Shown: piece after piece, positions 1 to 8,992 of the stretch
Numbering within the stretch: the first letter of the stretch is position 1
How the letters are laid out: the number at the start of each line of letters is the position of its first letter
NCBI GenBank assembly: GCA_035285865.1
Contig: JAYKHS010000030.1
Span: forward strand, 1-64,000
Reading direction: 5' to 3'
DNA from: Candidatus Sericytochromatia bacterium
GTDB lineage: Bacteria; Cyanobacteriota; Sericytochromatia; S15B-MN24; VGJW01
DNA: 64,000 nt
Translations under genes and position numbers: made by a program
Notes under the pieces: model-generated
Seen by the model: only the letters and a program-made list of their open reading frames with translations
What the model was told of the DNA's origin: nothing
Database searches by the model: none

Positions 1-31
1 GAGGTCGCTGGTTCGAGTCCAGCATTTCCCA
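1..31 (+). tRNA. 3' half of a tRNA cut by the window start; anticodon not visible (Ile or Val plausible)
   Basis: T-arm GCTGG-TTCGAGT-CCAGC (7-23), acceptor 3' strand ATTTCCC (24-30), discriminator A31; lies directly upstream of two tRNA-Ala genes. Confidence 0.8.
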
Positions 32-45
32 CTCGAGGTTTGCCG

Positions 46-118
46 GGGGGTATAGCTCAGCTGGTAGAGCATCGCCTTTGCAAGGCGAGGGTCAGCGGTT
101 CGAGCCCGCTTACCTCCA
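46..118 (+). tRNA. tRNA-Ala (TGC)
   Basis: Cloverleaf: acceptor GGGGGTA/TACCTCC with G3:U70, D-arm GCTC..GAGC, anticodon arm TCGCC-TT TGC AA-GGCGA (TGC 79-81), T-loop TTCGAGC. Confidence 0.97.
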
Positions 119-133
119 CCTGCCGGATCACGA

Positions 134-206
134 GGGGGTATAGCTCAGTTGGTAGAGCGCATCGTTCGCAATGATGAGGCCAGGGGTTCGACTCCCCTTA
201 CCTCCA
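134..206 (+). tRNA. tRNA-Ala (CGC)
   Basis: Cloverleaf: acceptor GGGGGTA/TACCTCC with G3:U70, anticodon arm CATCG-TT CGC AA-TGATG (CGC 167-169), T-arm AGGGG-TTCGACT-CCCCT. Confidence 0.96.
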
Positions 207-229
207 CCTGATAATCCGATTTATTCATC

Positions 230-259
230 GACCGTCGGCAATGCGCCGACGGTCTTTTT
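230..259 (+). terminator. Rho-independent terminator of the tRNA cluster
   Basis: Perfect 10-bp stem GACCGTCGGC/GCCGACGGTC, 5-nt loop, then TTTTT. Confidence 0.9.
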
Positions 260-306
260 GCTTTGGGGGCCGGTCCACCGCGCGGGGCGACTGCGGCCAT
301 GGCTTT

Positions 307-840
307 CTACAGGGCACGCAGCAATGGTCGGCTGACGCCGAACTGGGTCGGATTGTCCTGGCTTGGCTGCGGCTCGGGCGTTCCGCCCACGGGCGTCTGG
401 CCGACAGCCGGCGTCTCGATGGGGGCCAAGGTCGGCGTAGGGGTTGGAGCCGGCCTGGGGGTTGGTGTGCCTCCCGATATGCTGCCCGCGGGCGGTGTCG
501 GGGTGACAACGATTGATGGCGGCGATGTCGTTGCAGCGGAGTCGGGGGTTGCCGTCGGCGCAGTCGTGACTGCTGGCGCAGGCGATGGTGTCGGGCTGCT
601 TGACGGCTCCGGGCTGGTGGTTCCGGGTGATGCGTCGGGGGAGCCGATCGGAAGCGGGCTGCTGCCGCTCGCGGTGGGTGAAACGACGGGACTCGGCGTG
701 GTTGTCGGTTTGGCGGTCGGCTTGGGCGTGGTCCGCTTCGGAGTGGCTGCCGTTACCGGGGCCTCCTCAGCGCAACCGACTGCCAGGAGCGGCAGGCTGG
801 CGGTCGCGGCGGCGAGCAGCAGGGTGGCCATGCGGGACAT
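307..840 (-). CDS. Pro/Thr-rich low-complexity lipoprotein (177 aa)
   Basis: Start moved to MSRMATLLL...LAVGC (lipobox); the remainder is PT/PS-rich; begins 10 nt after the stop of the upstream gene. Confidence 0.7.
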   Translation of the reverse strand: MSRMATLLLAAATASLPLLAVGCAEEAPVTAATPKRTTPKPTAKPTTTPSPVVSPTASGSSPLPIGSPDASPGTTSPEPSSSPTPSPAPAVTTAPTATPDSAATTSPPSIVVTPTPPAGSISGGTPTPRPAPTPTPTLAPIETPAVGQTPVGGTPEPQPSQDNPTQFGVSRPLLRAL

Positions 841-850
841 TTGGGGTTTC

Positions 851-3800
851 CTAGAAGATGGGGGCGTGCAGGCCCTGGCGGCGCAGGACCGGACTCCAAG
901 TCGAGGTGGAGATGTCGTAGATGTTGCCTGTCCCGGGCTGGGTCGCCACAAGGCGGTTGTCCGTCGGCACCAGCTCCAGGCCCCATCCCGACGACCCGGG
1001 CAGCGTTGCCCGTCCCGTCACCGTAAAGGTCCCGCCGGTGGTGTTCACGGAGTATATGCCGCCCACGGTGTTCAGGACGTGAAACTCTTCGCTGCCGGAT
1101 CGGACGGCGATGCCTGTCGGGTTGCCTACACTCCCGATGCTGCGGCCGTTCGTTCTCCCGGTCCCATAGGCCGTGATGTTCCAGCCCACGACGGCGCTGG
1201 TAGCGGCTCCATAAATCCAGTCGCCCAGCCGTTGGATTTCCCGCAGGTTCATCGCTCCGCGAGCCCCGACGGTATCGTGCTGGCGCGGCTGCGACCACGA
1301 CACCTTGTCGCCGTCATCAATGAAGTATTCAATGATGCCACAGCCGGTGCAGCCAATGGTGGAGGCGTATTGCCGCGGGGCGGCCGAACCCGTGGTGGAG
1401 GTCAGGTAGAACACACCGTCGCTTACCCTTGCCAGAACATCTCCATTGCTGAGTGATCGCACGCGAGACGGGCTGCCGTTGAAGACCACGTGCGCGGCGG
1501 ACGCGCCGCTGGGCGCCACGCGCCAGAGCGTCCGGGTCCCGTAGTCGGCGGCGTACAGGTTGCCGCCGGTGGTCGTCAGGCCCATCATCGACGTACCGGC
1601 ACCCGAGACGTTTATGCCGCCCGCATCGACCTGAACGGCCGACCCCGGGCTGGTGATCTTCCGGATGAAAGTGGTGCCCTGGTCGACGACGTAGAGGGCA
1701 CCGCCGAGGAGCGTCATCCCGTATGGGGTTCCCGTGAAGCCTGTGATGGCCGTGGCCGTGGGCACCGTTCCGGCCTGCAGGTCCAGACGCCAGACCTTGC
1801 CGTCCTTGCAGGAGACCCAAGCATAGCGACTGCCGTCGTAGACGAGATCGTAGACGAGATCCGGAAACAGGGCGGCACCTGATGGCCCGAGTGCCGGCGT
1901 ACGGTCCAATATCTCGTGACCGGAACCCGAGGCCGTGATCATCAGCAGCTTCCGGTCGTCGCGATCCAGCAGGAGGTGGCTGTTGCCACCGGAGGCCATC
2001 CGCCACAGCGTCTGGCCGAAGCCATTCCAGTCGTATGTGCCGTGGATGGCGTGACGCCAGAGTTTGAGGCCGTTCTGATCTGCCACCTGCAGGCCTGCGT
2101 ATCCATAGGGCTCGCCGATGGGCGTGCGCCACCAACTGTCCTGATAGATGCCTTCGCAGTTGAGTGCGCCGACGTAACGTGTGCTGCCATCGTCGCTGGT
2201 ATCAAGTGAGCCGGGCAGGCTGAGTCCGCTGACGATGGTCGAGCGGGCCGTTCCGAGCGCCGGATTGACCTCGGTCGCATTGCCGTTGTCCGAATGCGTC
2301 ACATGCAGCAGGCCCTGCCGCATGTTGAGGCCGTACGGTGCGGCGATGCCCGCGATTTGGGTGCGCGTGGTGTTGCCGTCGGCGTCCAGTTTCAGGATGG
2401 CGCCAGACTCCTGCAAGGCCACGAAGAGGTTCCCGCTGGAGTCGGCAGCGATGCCGCGCAGATAGGCCAGACCATAGGCCAGAATCTTGCGGTCGCCCGC
2501 GAGCGAGATGCGCTGCACCAGGGCGCGATCCTGATCGATGACATAGAGGTTGCCGGCGTTGTCCCTGGAGATGGAAGCAGGCGCACGGGTGGTGAGAAAG
2601 GGTTGTGCCCTCCTGTACCGGTCCACCTTGACGATGACGTTCTGCCCCGGGCTGGTGACGTAACAGGAGGCCTCGGTATCGATGGCGAGACCCGACGGAC
2701 CTGCCAGATAGGCCCAGTCAAGCATCGAGGGCGCCAGGGATCCGCTCTCACCGCTCGCGGGCTTGAACCGACGCACCCGGTCCGCAGACGGTTCGACAAC
2801 GTAGAGGTTACCCTCGAAGTCGAAGGCCATGGCCCGCGGCCCGGACAGGCCGGTGTAGGTCGCCAAGGCAGCCTGGGTCACGTTGCTGGTGCCGGACGCA
2901 GCTGCCCAGTTGACTCTGGCACGCACGACCCGATTGTTGCTGCCCTCCGAAACATACAGGTCTCCGTCCGGTCCCAGGGCCAGCGCCTGCGGATCCGTGA
3001 CGGTCATCCACGAGGCGTTGACCATCGTCCCGTCATCGCGCACCTGCGCGATACGACCGGTGCCTCCATCCGCGACATAAACGAAGTAGGGGCTCGCGGT
3101 CCGGCCTTCGGGATTGACCAGGATGGCCCGCGGATTGCTTAGGCCACGGTTGACGACACGAACGACTCCTTCGCCATCCACCGTCATCAGCGTGCCCTGA
3201 TCCGATGAGGCCGTCCATACCAACGTGCTGCCGTTGCTGCTGGTGTATACCGACGAGCGGCCATCGCGTGTCGTCACGCCGAAACTGTTCGTATAGGCGG
3301 TGATGCCCCGGATTCGGATCTGGATCAGGCCGGTGCGGGCTCCCGGTGGCACATCCACGAGCAGGTTCGTGGCGGTGCTGCCCTCCACGACCGGGGCCAC
3401 CACACCACCGGCGAAGGTCACCTCGACGGCATCCGGTTCGAGGTTCCGGCCCGTTAGCGTCACGCGGGTCCCGATGCCGCCCGAGGTGGGACTGATGGCA
3501 CGGTTGACCTCGAAGTTCGTCTGGGTGTTGGCGACCGCGCCGTTGCCACCAAGCACCAGCGCCTGGATGGGGTCCTGGTCGGCGATGACCGCGTTGACGA
3601 CCTGGGTGTAGAGCTCCTGATAGATGGCCGTCGGGAGCGAAAGAACCTCGCGGTAATCGCCGGGCGCCTGGCTCACGAGCTGGGGATCGAGCGCCCCCAT
3701 GAAGACGTTGGCCACGATAGGGTCGCCATCGAGCGTCTTCTGGCTGACGAAGAAGGCAATGGTCGTCGTGGACAGGCTGATGCTGATGGGGCCGGGTGTG

Positions 3801-4294
3801 GCCGACGTCAGGCTGGTCCAGCCCTTGGCCGTGAAGTCGTACCAAACGATGGTCCGCAGCCGCATGAGGTCGCCGCCCGCTTGGTTGGGCTGGGCATTGG
3901 GGCCATTGATGCCCTTGATGGCCTCCATGATGTACGGAACCGAGTAGCGTCCGTCTGCCTCCGGAACCGGCTGGAACGCGCTGCCGAAGGAGATCACGAA
4001 CGAACCGCTGGCATCTGCCAGAGACGTGCCCCGAGTCTCGCCGGAGGAGGACTCGATCAGGGAGACGGTGGCGCCACGCGCGAACTCGTCCAGAAGATTC
4101 GTCAGCTGGACGTGGTAGCCCCGAGAAGGTGCGAGGGTTCCCAAGAGCGAAGTCGTCGCTCCGGTGTTCGGGGCCGTGGCATGGGACACGGTCGAGTTTG
4201 TCGGGGCGCCACCGTCCGACTGCCGGATCGGGGGCACCGAACAGGCAGTCAGTGCCAGGATCAGGCACGCCGTCGTCAGGATTTTCGAGATCAT
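851..4294 (-). CDS. Large surface lipoprotein: conserved N-terminal domain, IPT/TIG domain, NHL/SMP-30-like beta-propeller repeats (1147 aa)
   Basis: Lipobox LTAC; IPT-like ISPTSGGIGTRVTLTGRNL...VDVPPGARTG; many P-x-(G/A)-(L/I)-A-x-D-x-x-G-x-L-Y-V repeats. Confidence 0.88.
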   Translation of the reverse strand: MISKILTTACLILALTACSVPPIRQSDGGAPTNSTVSHATAPNTGATTSLLGTLAPSRGYHVQLTNLLDEFARGATVSLIESSSGETRGTSLADASGSFVISFGSAFQPVPEADGRYSVPYIMEAIKGINGPNAQPNQAGGDLMRLRTIVWYDFTAKGWTSLTSATPGPISISLSTTTIAFFVSQKTLDGDPIVANVFMGALDPQLVSQAPGDYREVLSLPTAIYQELYTQVVNAVIADQDPIQALVLGGNGAVANTQTNFEVNRAISPTSGGIGTRVTLTGRNLEPDAVEVTFAGGVVAPVVEGSTATNLLVDVPPGARTGLIQIRIRGITAYTNSFGVTTRDGRSSVYTSSNGSTLVWTASSDQGTLMTVDGEGVVRVVNRGLSNPRAILVNPEGRTASPYFVYVADGGTGRIAQVRDDGTMVNASWMTVTDPQALALGPDGDLYVSEGSNNRVVRARVNWAAASGTSNVTQAALATYTGLSGPRAMAFDFEGNLYVVEPSADRVRRFKPASGESGSLAPSMLDWAYLAGPSGLAIDTEASCYVTSPGQNVIVKVDRYRRAQPFLTTRAPASISRDNAGNLYVIDQDRALVQRISLAGDRKILAYGLAYLRGIAADSSGNLFVALQESGAILKLDADGNTTRTQIAGIAAPYGLNMRQGLLHVTHSDNGNATEVNPALGTARSTIVSGLSLPGSLDTSDDGSTRYVGALNCEGIYQDSWWRTPIGEPYGYAGLQVADQNGLKLWRHAIHGTYDWNGFGQTLWRMASGGNSHLLLDRDDRKLLMITASGSGHEILDRTPALGPSGAALFPDLVYDLVYDGSRYAWVSCKDGKVWRLDLQAGTVPTATAITGFTGTPYGMTLLGGALYVVDQGTTFIRKITSPGSAVQVDAGGINVSGAGTSMMGLTTTGGNLYAADYGTRTLWRVAPSGASAAHVVFNGSPSRVRSLSNGDVLARVSDGVFYLTSTTGSAAPRQYASTIGCTGCGIIEYFIDDGDKVSWSQPRQHDTVGARGAMNLREIQRLGDWIYGAATSAVVGWNITAYGTGRTNGRSIGSVGNPTGIAVRSGSEEFHVLNTVGGIYSVNTTGGTFTVTGRATLPGSSGWGLELVPTDNRLVATQPGTGNIYDISTSTWSPVLRRQGLHAPIF

Positions 4295-4297
4295 CGG

Positions 4298-7200
4298 CTA
4301 CATCTCCGCCGCGCTGAGCCCGAAGGGCAGGATCTCCCGGGTACGCGTCGCGGGCACGTAGCGCTCGACGCGATGATGGCTGTAGACCGACTGGTAGAGC
4401 GACGAGCCATCGGGTTCCGCCCACATCCCCCACGTCCTGTAACTGTTGTCGACGCCGGGGAAGTTCTCTCCTCCGCCATCGGCCGCCACGCGCACCAGAC
4501 GCATGCCGTAGTGGCTCAGGATGTAGAACCTCCCCTGTGCATCCGAGGCAAAGGCGCCCACGCCGGGACTCCAGCAGTTGCCGGAGGCCGCCGAGTAGTG
4601 CCACTCCTGGCGACTTGCCCCGGTTCCGCTCCAGCGTCCGGTGACGTCGTTCGCACAAAGGCTGGTCGCATTTCCGTAGAGGTTCCCGTTGCTGTCGACC
4701 CCTGCGAGTTGTGGGCCAGACTGCCAGTCCGAAACGCCGATGAAGCGGTAGACCCAGTAGCCGTCGCTGTGGCGCGCCAGACGCAGGCGATCCGTGATCC
4801 AGAAATTGCCGTCGCCCCGCCACATGAAGTTCGGACCGTGGTAGTTGCTGTACCACGCCACGTCGAAGGAGTAGGTCGGGTCCAGCTTGCGCCCCGCGCC
4901 GGCAAGCACCACGATGCCGCCGTCGGTGTCGACGGCGATGTCGTTGTATCCGCCGAGGCCGTTGTAGATGCGTCCGTAGGATCCGCCCGCAGCGAAGGAT
5001 TGGATGCGACCGATGCCCTGGTCCATCGCCAGGACCATCGTGCCGTCCTTGATGTCCAGATTCCTCGGGCTGTCGCCGCCGGTGGACAGGCTACTCTCCT
5101 TGACGGCCGTCGCGGGGTTGATGGACGTGACGCGCGCCGCCCCGTTCTCGGCTACCCAGACGCGGTTCGTCACGGGGTCATAGACGATGCCGAGCGGGTT
5201 GGATAGGCCGGATACCACGGTCGGTCTCGGGATGCCGCTTGGGTTGTAGGAGGTCACGGTACCGGCAGCGGGGTTGCAGACCCATATAATCCCGCTCCCG
5301 TCGACCGCCACGTCCCTGGGACCCGTCAGGTTGGGGTCACGGTTGGCGTCGCAGAGGACCGTGACCTTGTTTACCGCGGTCGAGTTGCCGACGGTGGCGG
5401 CGTCTCCGGCGAGTTTGAGGATCCGGCGATCATCGGTGACGATGATGAAGGCATCCTTGTTTTCCGAATTGCTCTTGTCTCGTGCAATGCCGTTGTTGCG
5501 GATGAAGATGGACTCGTGTTGCTCGATGGCAGCTGACCAGTTCGTGACGTCGTAACTGATGATCCAGCGGTTGGACCGCCCGTACAGCCTGCCTTGGGCA
5601 TAGCTGATACCCGACATGCCGCCGATGCTCTTCAGGACGGCCGATGCCGCACCGGAACTGCGTTCGACACGTGAAAGGGTACCGTTGCCCCTGTTCGTGA
5701 CGTAGAAGCGGTCCCGACCGCCCTGGTTGTCGTAGGTCAGGCCGAAGGGCTTGTTGAATCCGCGGGCGACGGTCGCCAGCTCTCCGGTCGTAACATCCAC
5801 CTTGACGAGGGCATTGTTCGATTCGCTGAGCACGTAGAGGTCGTTGCCGACCTTGTGGATACCGGTGGGTGAGCTGAAGCCGCTGGCGTAGATGGACGAG
5901 TCCCCGAGCGGCGTGATGCGGTAGACGTTGTTCGAGGTGTTATCGATGGCATAGACGTAGCCGGCACGATCCGTGACCAATCCGCCGGGACTCGGCATGT
6001 CGGCGAAGGGCGAGACCTTGCCGGTTGCGTCCCGACGATAGAGCGAGTTGCCCTTGTTGTTGGAAACATAGAGATTGCCCAGCGTGTCGAAGGAAATGCC
6101 CCACGGGGCCGTGAGACCCTCCATGAATGCAGTACCGTTGGCTGCACTGCCGTCATTCAGAATCTCGAGGCGAACCACGTTGTTGCCGCCCAAGTTCGCG
6201 ACATACAAGGCCCCATCCACCCCGAAGGTCGCACCTCTGGGTTGGTTCAGGGCCGTCCCGGTCAATGCGACCTGAACGGGTGCAGCCTGAGGGCTGTCGA
6301 TGCGGTAGATGCGGCCTGCCGTGCCATCCGTAATCCATGCACGGCCATCGCCGTCGAAAGCAATGCCTCTGGGGTCAGCGATGGTGCCTGAAGTGCCGAA
6401 GTCGACGACTCCGGCACCGGGGTTGTACTGGTCCAGGCTGATGATACCTTTCTTGGCCCCTGCACATGTGACATAGAGCCGGCCAGCCTTGAGACAGAGG
6501 GCACGCGGCGCGGTGAGGTTCTTCGCGAAGGGCTTGATGCGCCCCTGGGGATCGACGAGGACGACGGTCCCGAAGGTCTCGTTGGCCACGAACAGGTTGC
6601 CGAGGCTGTCCACCGCCTCGTGGCCCGAGGACAGCGCGAGGAAGAAGGGCGGCGTCACCAGCGTGCGATTGCCCTGGGTGACCGTGATCTCGCCGCTGAC
6701 AGCCGCCGCGGGCACAGTCACCGTCAGGCGTGACAGATCGCTCGAGACGGCCTTGACCGTGGCCGGTACGGAGCTGCCCGAGAGTCCCCGGAAGCTGACG
6801 ATATTGTCCGTCGGGTTCTCGGCAAATCCGGACCCCACGATGGAGATGTCCCGGTTTACGAATTGCGTGTCCGGTTGCAGGGCACCCACGGTGAAGGCGA
6901 TGGACGGGGTGTAGAGCGTATTGCCCAGAGGGTCGGCGGGATCGAGCAGGATGAACATGAAGGGGTCGCGATCCTGCGCCAGGGTTTGGCTTACCCGATT
7001 GTAGGTGTCATTGACCAGAGCATCTGGCAGCAGATTCCCGTAGAGGTTGTAGAACGGATCGGGACCACCCGCCGGGTTCGGTTCCGGGGACAGCGCATTG
7101 ATCATGAGTTCCGGATCCAGAGTCCTTCCGGAGCTCGGAGCCATCTGGCTGCGCAGGCTGAGCAAAAGGGTCAGGGCCGTGGTCGTCCGGTTGAGGATCA

Positions 7201-7660
7201 GCAAGTCATTCTGGCTGATCGAGTTCCAGAAGGTTCCGGTATAGCGGGCCAGCGTGCGCACCCGGACGATATCGGCACCGACGCGATTAGGCAGGTCTGT
7301 CCCGGTCTTCAGGCCCTTGATGGCATCAAGGTAATAGATGGTGTCAGCCTTCGGGGTGAATCCGCCCGCAAACTTCAGATTGAAGGCACCGTTTGACTCG
7401 GTGACGGTTGTTGCCACGGTGAAACCGGTGGCAACCTCGATGAGCGAGACGGTGGCCCTGATTGCGATTTCGGAGCCAATGGAAGCCTGGGTCGTTCGCG
7501 CAATCCCGAGGGCTTCGAGGTCCACCTGGCCGCGCAGGTCAGCGATGGCCGCGCGGGTCTCGCCGCTGGTCGATGCCACTGGCGCGAGGCCGACGCGCGT
7601 ACAGGCCATAAGCAGGCCGAGCAGCACGACCTGAGTCAACCTTGCCAAGGGCCTGCCCAT
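4298..7660 (-). CDS. Large surface lipoprotein, paralogue of 851..4294 (N-domain, IPT/TIG, NHL-like propellers; 1120 aa)
   Basis: RBS GGGAGG; lipobox LMAC; repeats such as PWGISFDTLGNLYVSN and PRDVAVDGSGIIWV. Confidence 0.9.
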   Translation of the reverse strand: MGRPLARLTQVVLLGLLMACTRVGLAPVASTSGETRAAIADLRGQVDLEALGIARTTQASIGSEIAIRATVSLIEVATGFTVATTVTESNGAFNLKFAGGFTPKADTIYYLDAIKGLKTGTDLPNRVGADIVRVRTLARYTGTFWNSISQNDLLILNRTTTALTLLLSLRSQMAPSSGRTLDPELMINALSPEPNPAGGPDPFYNLYGNLLPDALVNDTYNRVSQTLAQDRDPFMFILLDPADPLGNTLYTPSIAFTVGALQPDTQFVNRDISIVGSGFAENPTDNIVSFRGLSGSSVPATVKAVSSDLSRLTVTVPAAAVSGEITVTQGNRTLVTPPFFLALSSGHEAVDSLGNLFVANETFGTVVLVDPQGRIKPFAKNLTAPRALCLKAGRLYVTCAGAKKGIISLDQYNPGAGVVDFGTSGTIADPRGIAFDGDGRAWITDGTAGRIYRIDSPQAAPVQVALTGTALNQPRGATFGVDGALYVANLGGNNVVRLEILNDGSAANGTAFMEGLTAPWGISFDTLGNLYVSNNKGNSLYRRDATGKVSPFADMPSPGGLVTDRAGYVYAIDNTSNNVYRITPLGDSSIYASGFSSPTGIHKVGNDLYVLSESNNALVKVDVTTGELATVARGFNKPFGLTYDNQGGRDRFYVTNRGNGTLSRVERSSGAASAVLKSIGGMSGISYAQGRLYGRSNRWIISYDVTNWSAAIEQHESIFIRNNGIARDKSNSENKDAFIIVTDDRRILKLAGDAATVGNSTAVNKVTVLCDANRDPNLTGPRDVAVDGSGIIWVCNPAAGTVTSYNPSGIPRPTVVSGLSNPLGIVYDPVTNRVWVAENGAARVTSINPATAVKESSLSTGGDSPRNLDIKDGTMVLAMDQGIGRIQSFAAGGSYGRIYNGLGGYNDIAVDTDGGIVVLAGAGRKLDPTYSFDVAWYSNYHGPNFMWRGDGNFWITDRLRLARHSDGYWVYRFIGVSDWQSGPQLAGVDSNGNLYGNATSLCANDVTGRWSGTGASRQEWHYSAASGNCWSPGVGAFASDAQGRFYILSHYGMRLVRVAADGGGENFPGVDNSYRTWGMWAEPDGSSLYQSVYSHHRVERYVPATRTREILPFGLSAAEM

Positions 7661-7766
7661 CGCACCCTCCCACGTGGTCGTCTTGTACCACCTGCAAGCA
7701 GCCTGATCGGTCTTGCTTACAAATTGACAACAAGGGATTGCGACACGTCGGATGCGCCGGAGAGCA

Positions 7767-7797
7767 CGAAGCGCAGACCCTTGGGGTCTGCGCTTCG
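7767..7797 (-). terminator. Perfect 14-bp hairpin downstream of the CLec-fold gene (terminator-like, no clear U-tract)
   Basis: CGAAGCGCAGACCC-TTG-GGGTCTGCGCTTCG, 14 nt beyond the stop at 7812. Confidence 0.55.
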
Positions 7798-7811
7798 CTT
7801 GTGGCAGGGGC

Positions 7812-8936
7812 CTAGAATCTCAGCGAAGGGCGGAAGCCCTGATCGGGCGCTGTGTAGCTGTCGTTCCGGTTGATGCAGAGCAGCCACATGCCGGCCTGGG
7901 GCACCTCATTGAAGTGGCCCCGATCATAAGATCCTCCGCGATTCGTGTAGAAGTTGGCAGACTCCGAAACATTGCCGGCACCCTCGTGGGTGTAGTCGGC
8001 TTTGCCCGGGGCACTCTGGCCAAGCGCATGGTAGGCGTCGCCACGGAACCAAGCTTCGCTGGGCAGGTTGGTCGTGGCCCCGACGACGCCATACATGCGC
8101 AGGACAGGGTCCGTGGACAAGGCCGCGACGTAGCCTGGGGCGGTGCCGCCCATGCCACTGCCTTCGCCTTGGACGATGTACTGGTTGCCCTCCAGATGCA
8201 GGTTGGAGTTCCATTCACGCACCCCGCCAACCAGGTCGAACACGCCGTCGGTGCGGCCGGTGTGACTCGTGAGGTTGACGTCACCCGTCCATCCGGGTGA
8301 CGTGCCGGATCCCGAGAGACTGGCTTTGCCATCCGGGGCCGTGAAGGTCACGTCGTTTTGCTCGCCATCCACGCCGAAGAGCGTGTTGCCCCGGATATCC
8401 ACGCCGTTGATTGCGGTCCAGACCGCCAGAGCGGTCCACTCATCGGCGCCGATCAGGAAACTCGTGCCGGGCGCCATGGCTTCGGCTGCCTGCCTGGCTT
8501 GGGCGAAGGAGACATCGGTCCACGGCAGAGTGCCCTTGGCGACCACCACCGACTTGCCGTCGGAGGCCTTGGCCGCCTCGTACTTGGCCGCATAGAAGCC
8601 ACCAAAGACCGCCGGCGACACCTCGGTGCCGGCAAAGCCGGCCGGAACCTCCTTGACCCAAGCTCCGCGGGGCTTGCCGTCTCCGGCACGCAACAACTGG
8701 TAGGCGGCGAATCGCGGAATCCAGACAAACTCCTGATCCCCATGAGCGGTCCTCAGGACATAGGGGTGGGTCACGGACGGGTTCCCCTTGTCGTCAGGTG
8801 CGAGACGAGGCGTTCCAAGTTCGATGCCGGGAAGGGTCCCGGTGCCCGATTGAGGAAGGACGGCGGCCTGTCCGGCGCAACCGGCTACCACACTTGCCAA
8901 GCCGATCAGACCCAGCGCACGCGTACGACGATTCAT
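7812..8936 (-). CDS. Lipoprotein with C-type-lectin / FGE-sulfatase-like fold (374 aa)
   Basis: Lipobox VAGC; GFYAAKYEA, GVFDLVGGVREW, RGGSY...GFRP terminus; the catalytic Cys motif of true FGE is absent. Confidence 0.85.
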   Translation of the reverse strand: MNRRTRALGLIGLASVVAGCAGQAAVLPQSGTGTLPGIELGTPRLAPDDKGNPSVTHPYVLRTAHGDQEFVWIPRFAAYQLLRAGDGKPRGAWVKEVPAGFAGTEVSPAVFGGFYAAKYEAAKASDGKSVVVAKGTLPWTDVSFAQARQAAEAMAPGTSFLIGADEWTALAVWTAINGVDIRGNTLFGVDGEQNDVTFTAPDGKASLSGSGTSPGWTGDVNLTSHTGRTDGVFDLVGGVREWNSNLHLEGNQYIVQGEGSGMGGTAPGYVAALSTDPVLRMYGVVGATTNLPSEAWFRGDAYHALGQSAPGKADYTHEGAGNVSESANFYTNRGGSYDRGHFNEVPQAGMWLLCINRNDSYTAPDQGFRPSLRF

Positions 8937-8992
8937 TCTGCTCAGCCCCCTTGCGATATCCTGTCAGGACTCCACGTCACCCGCTGGTTGCG

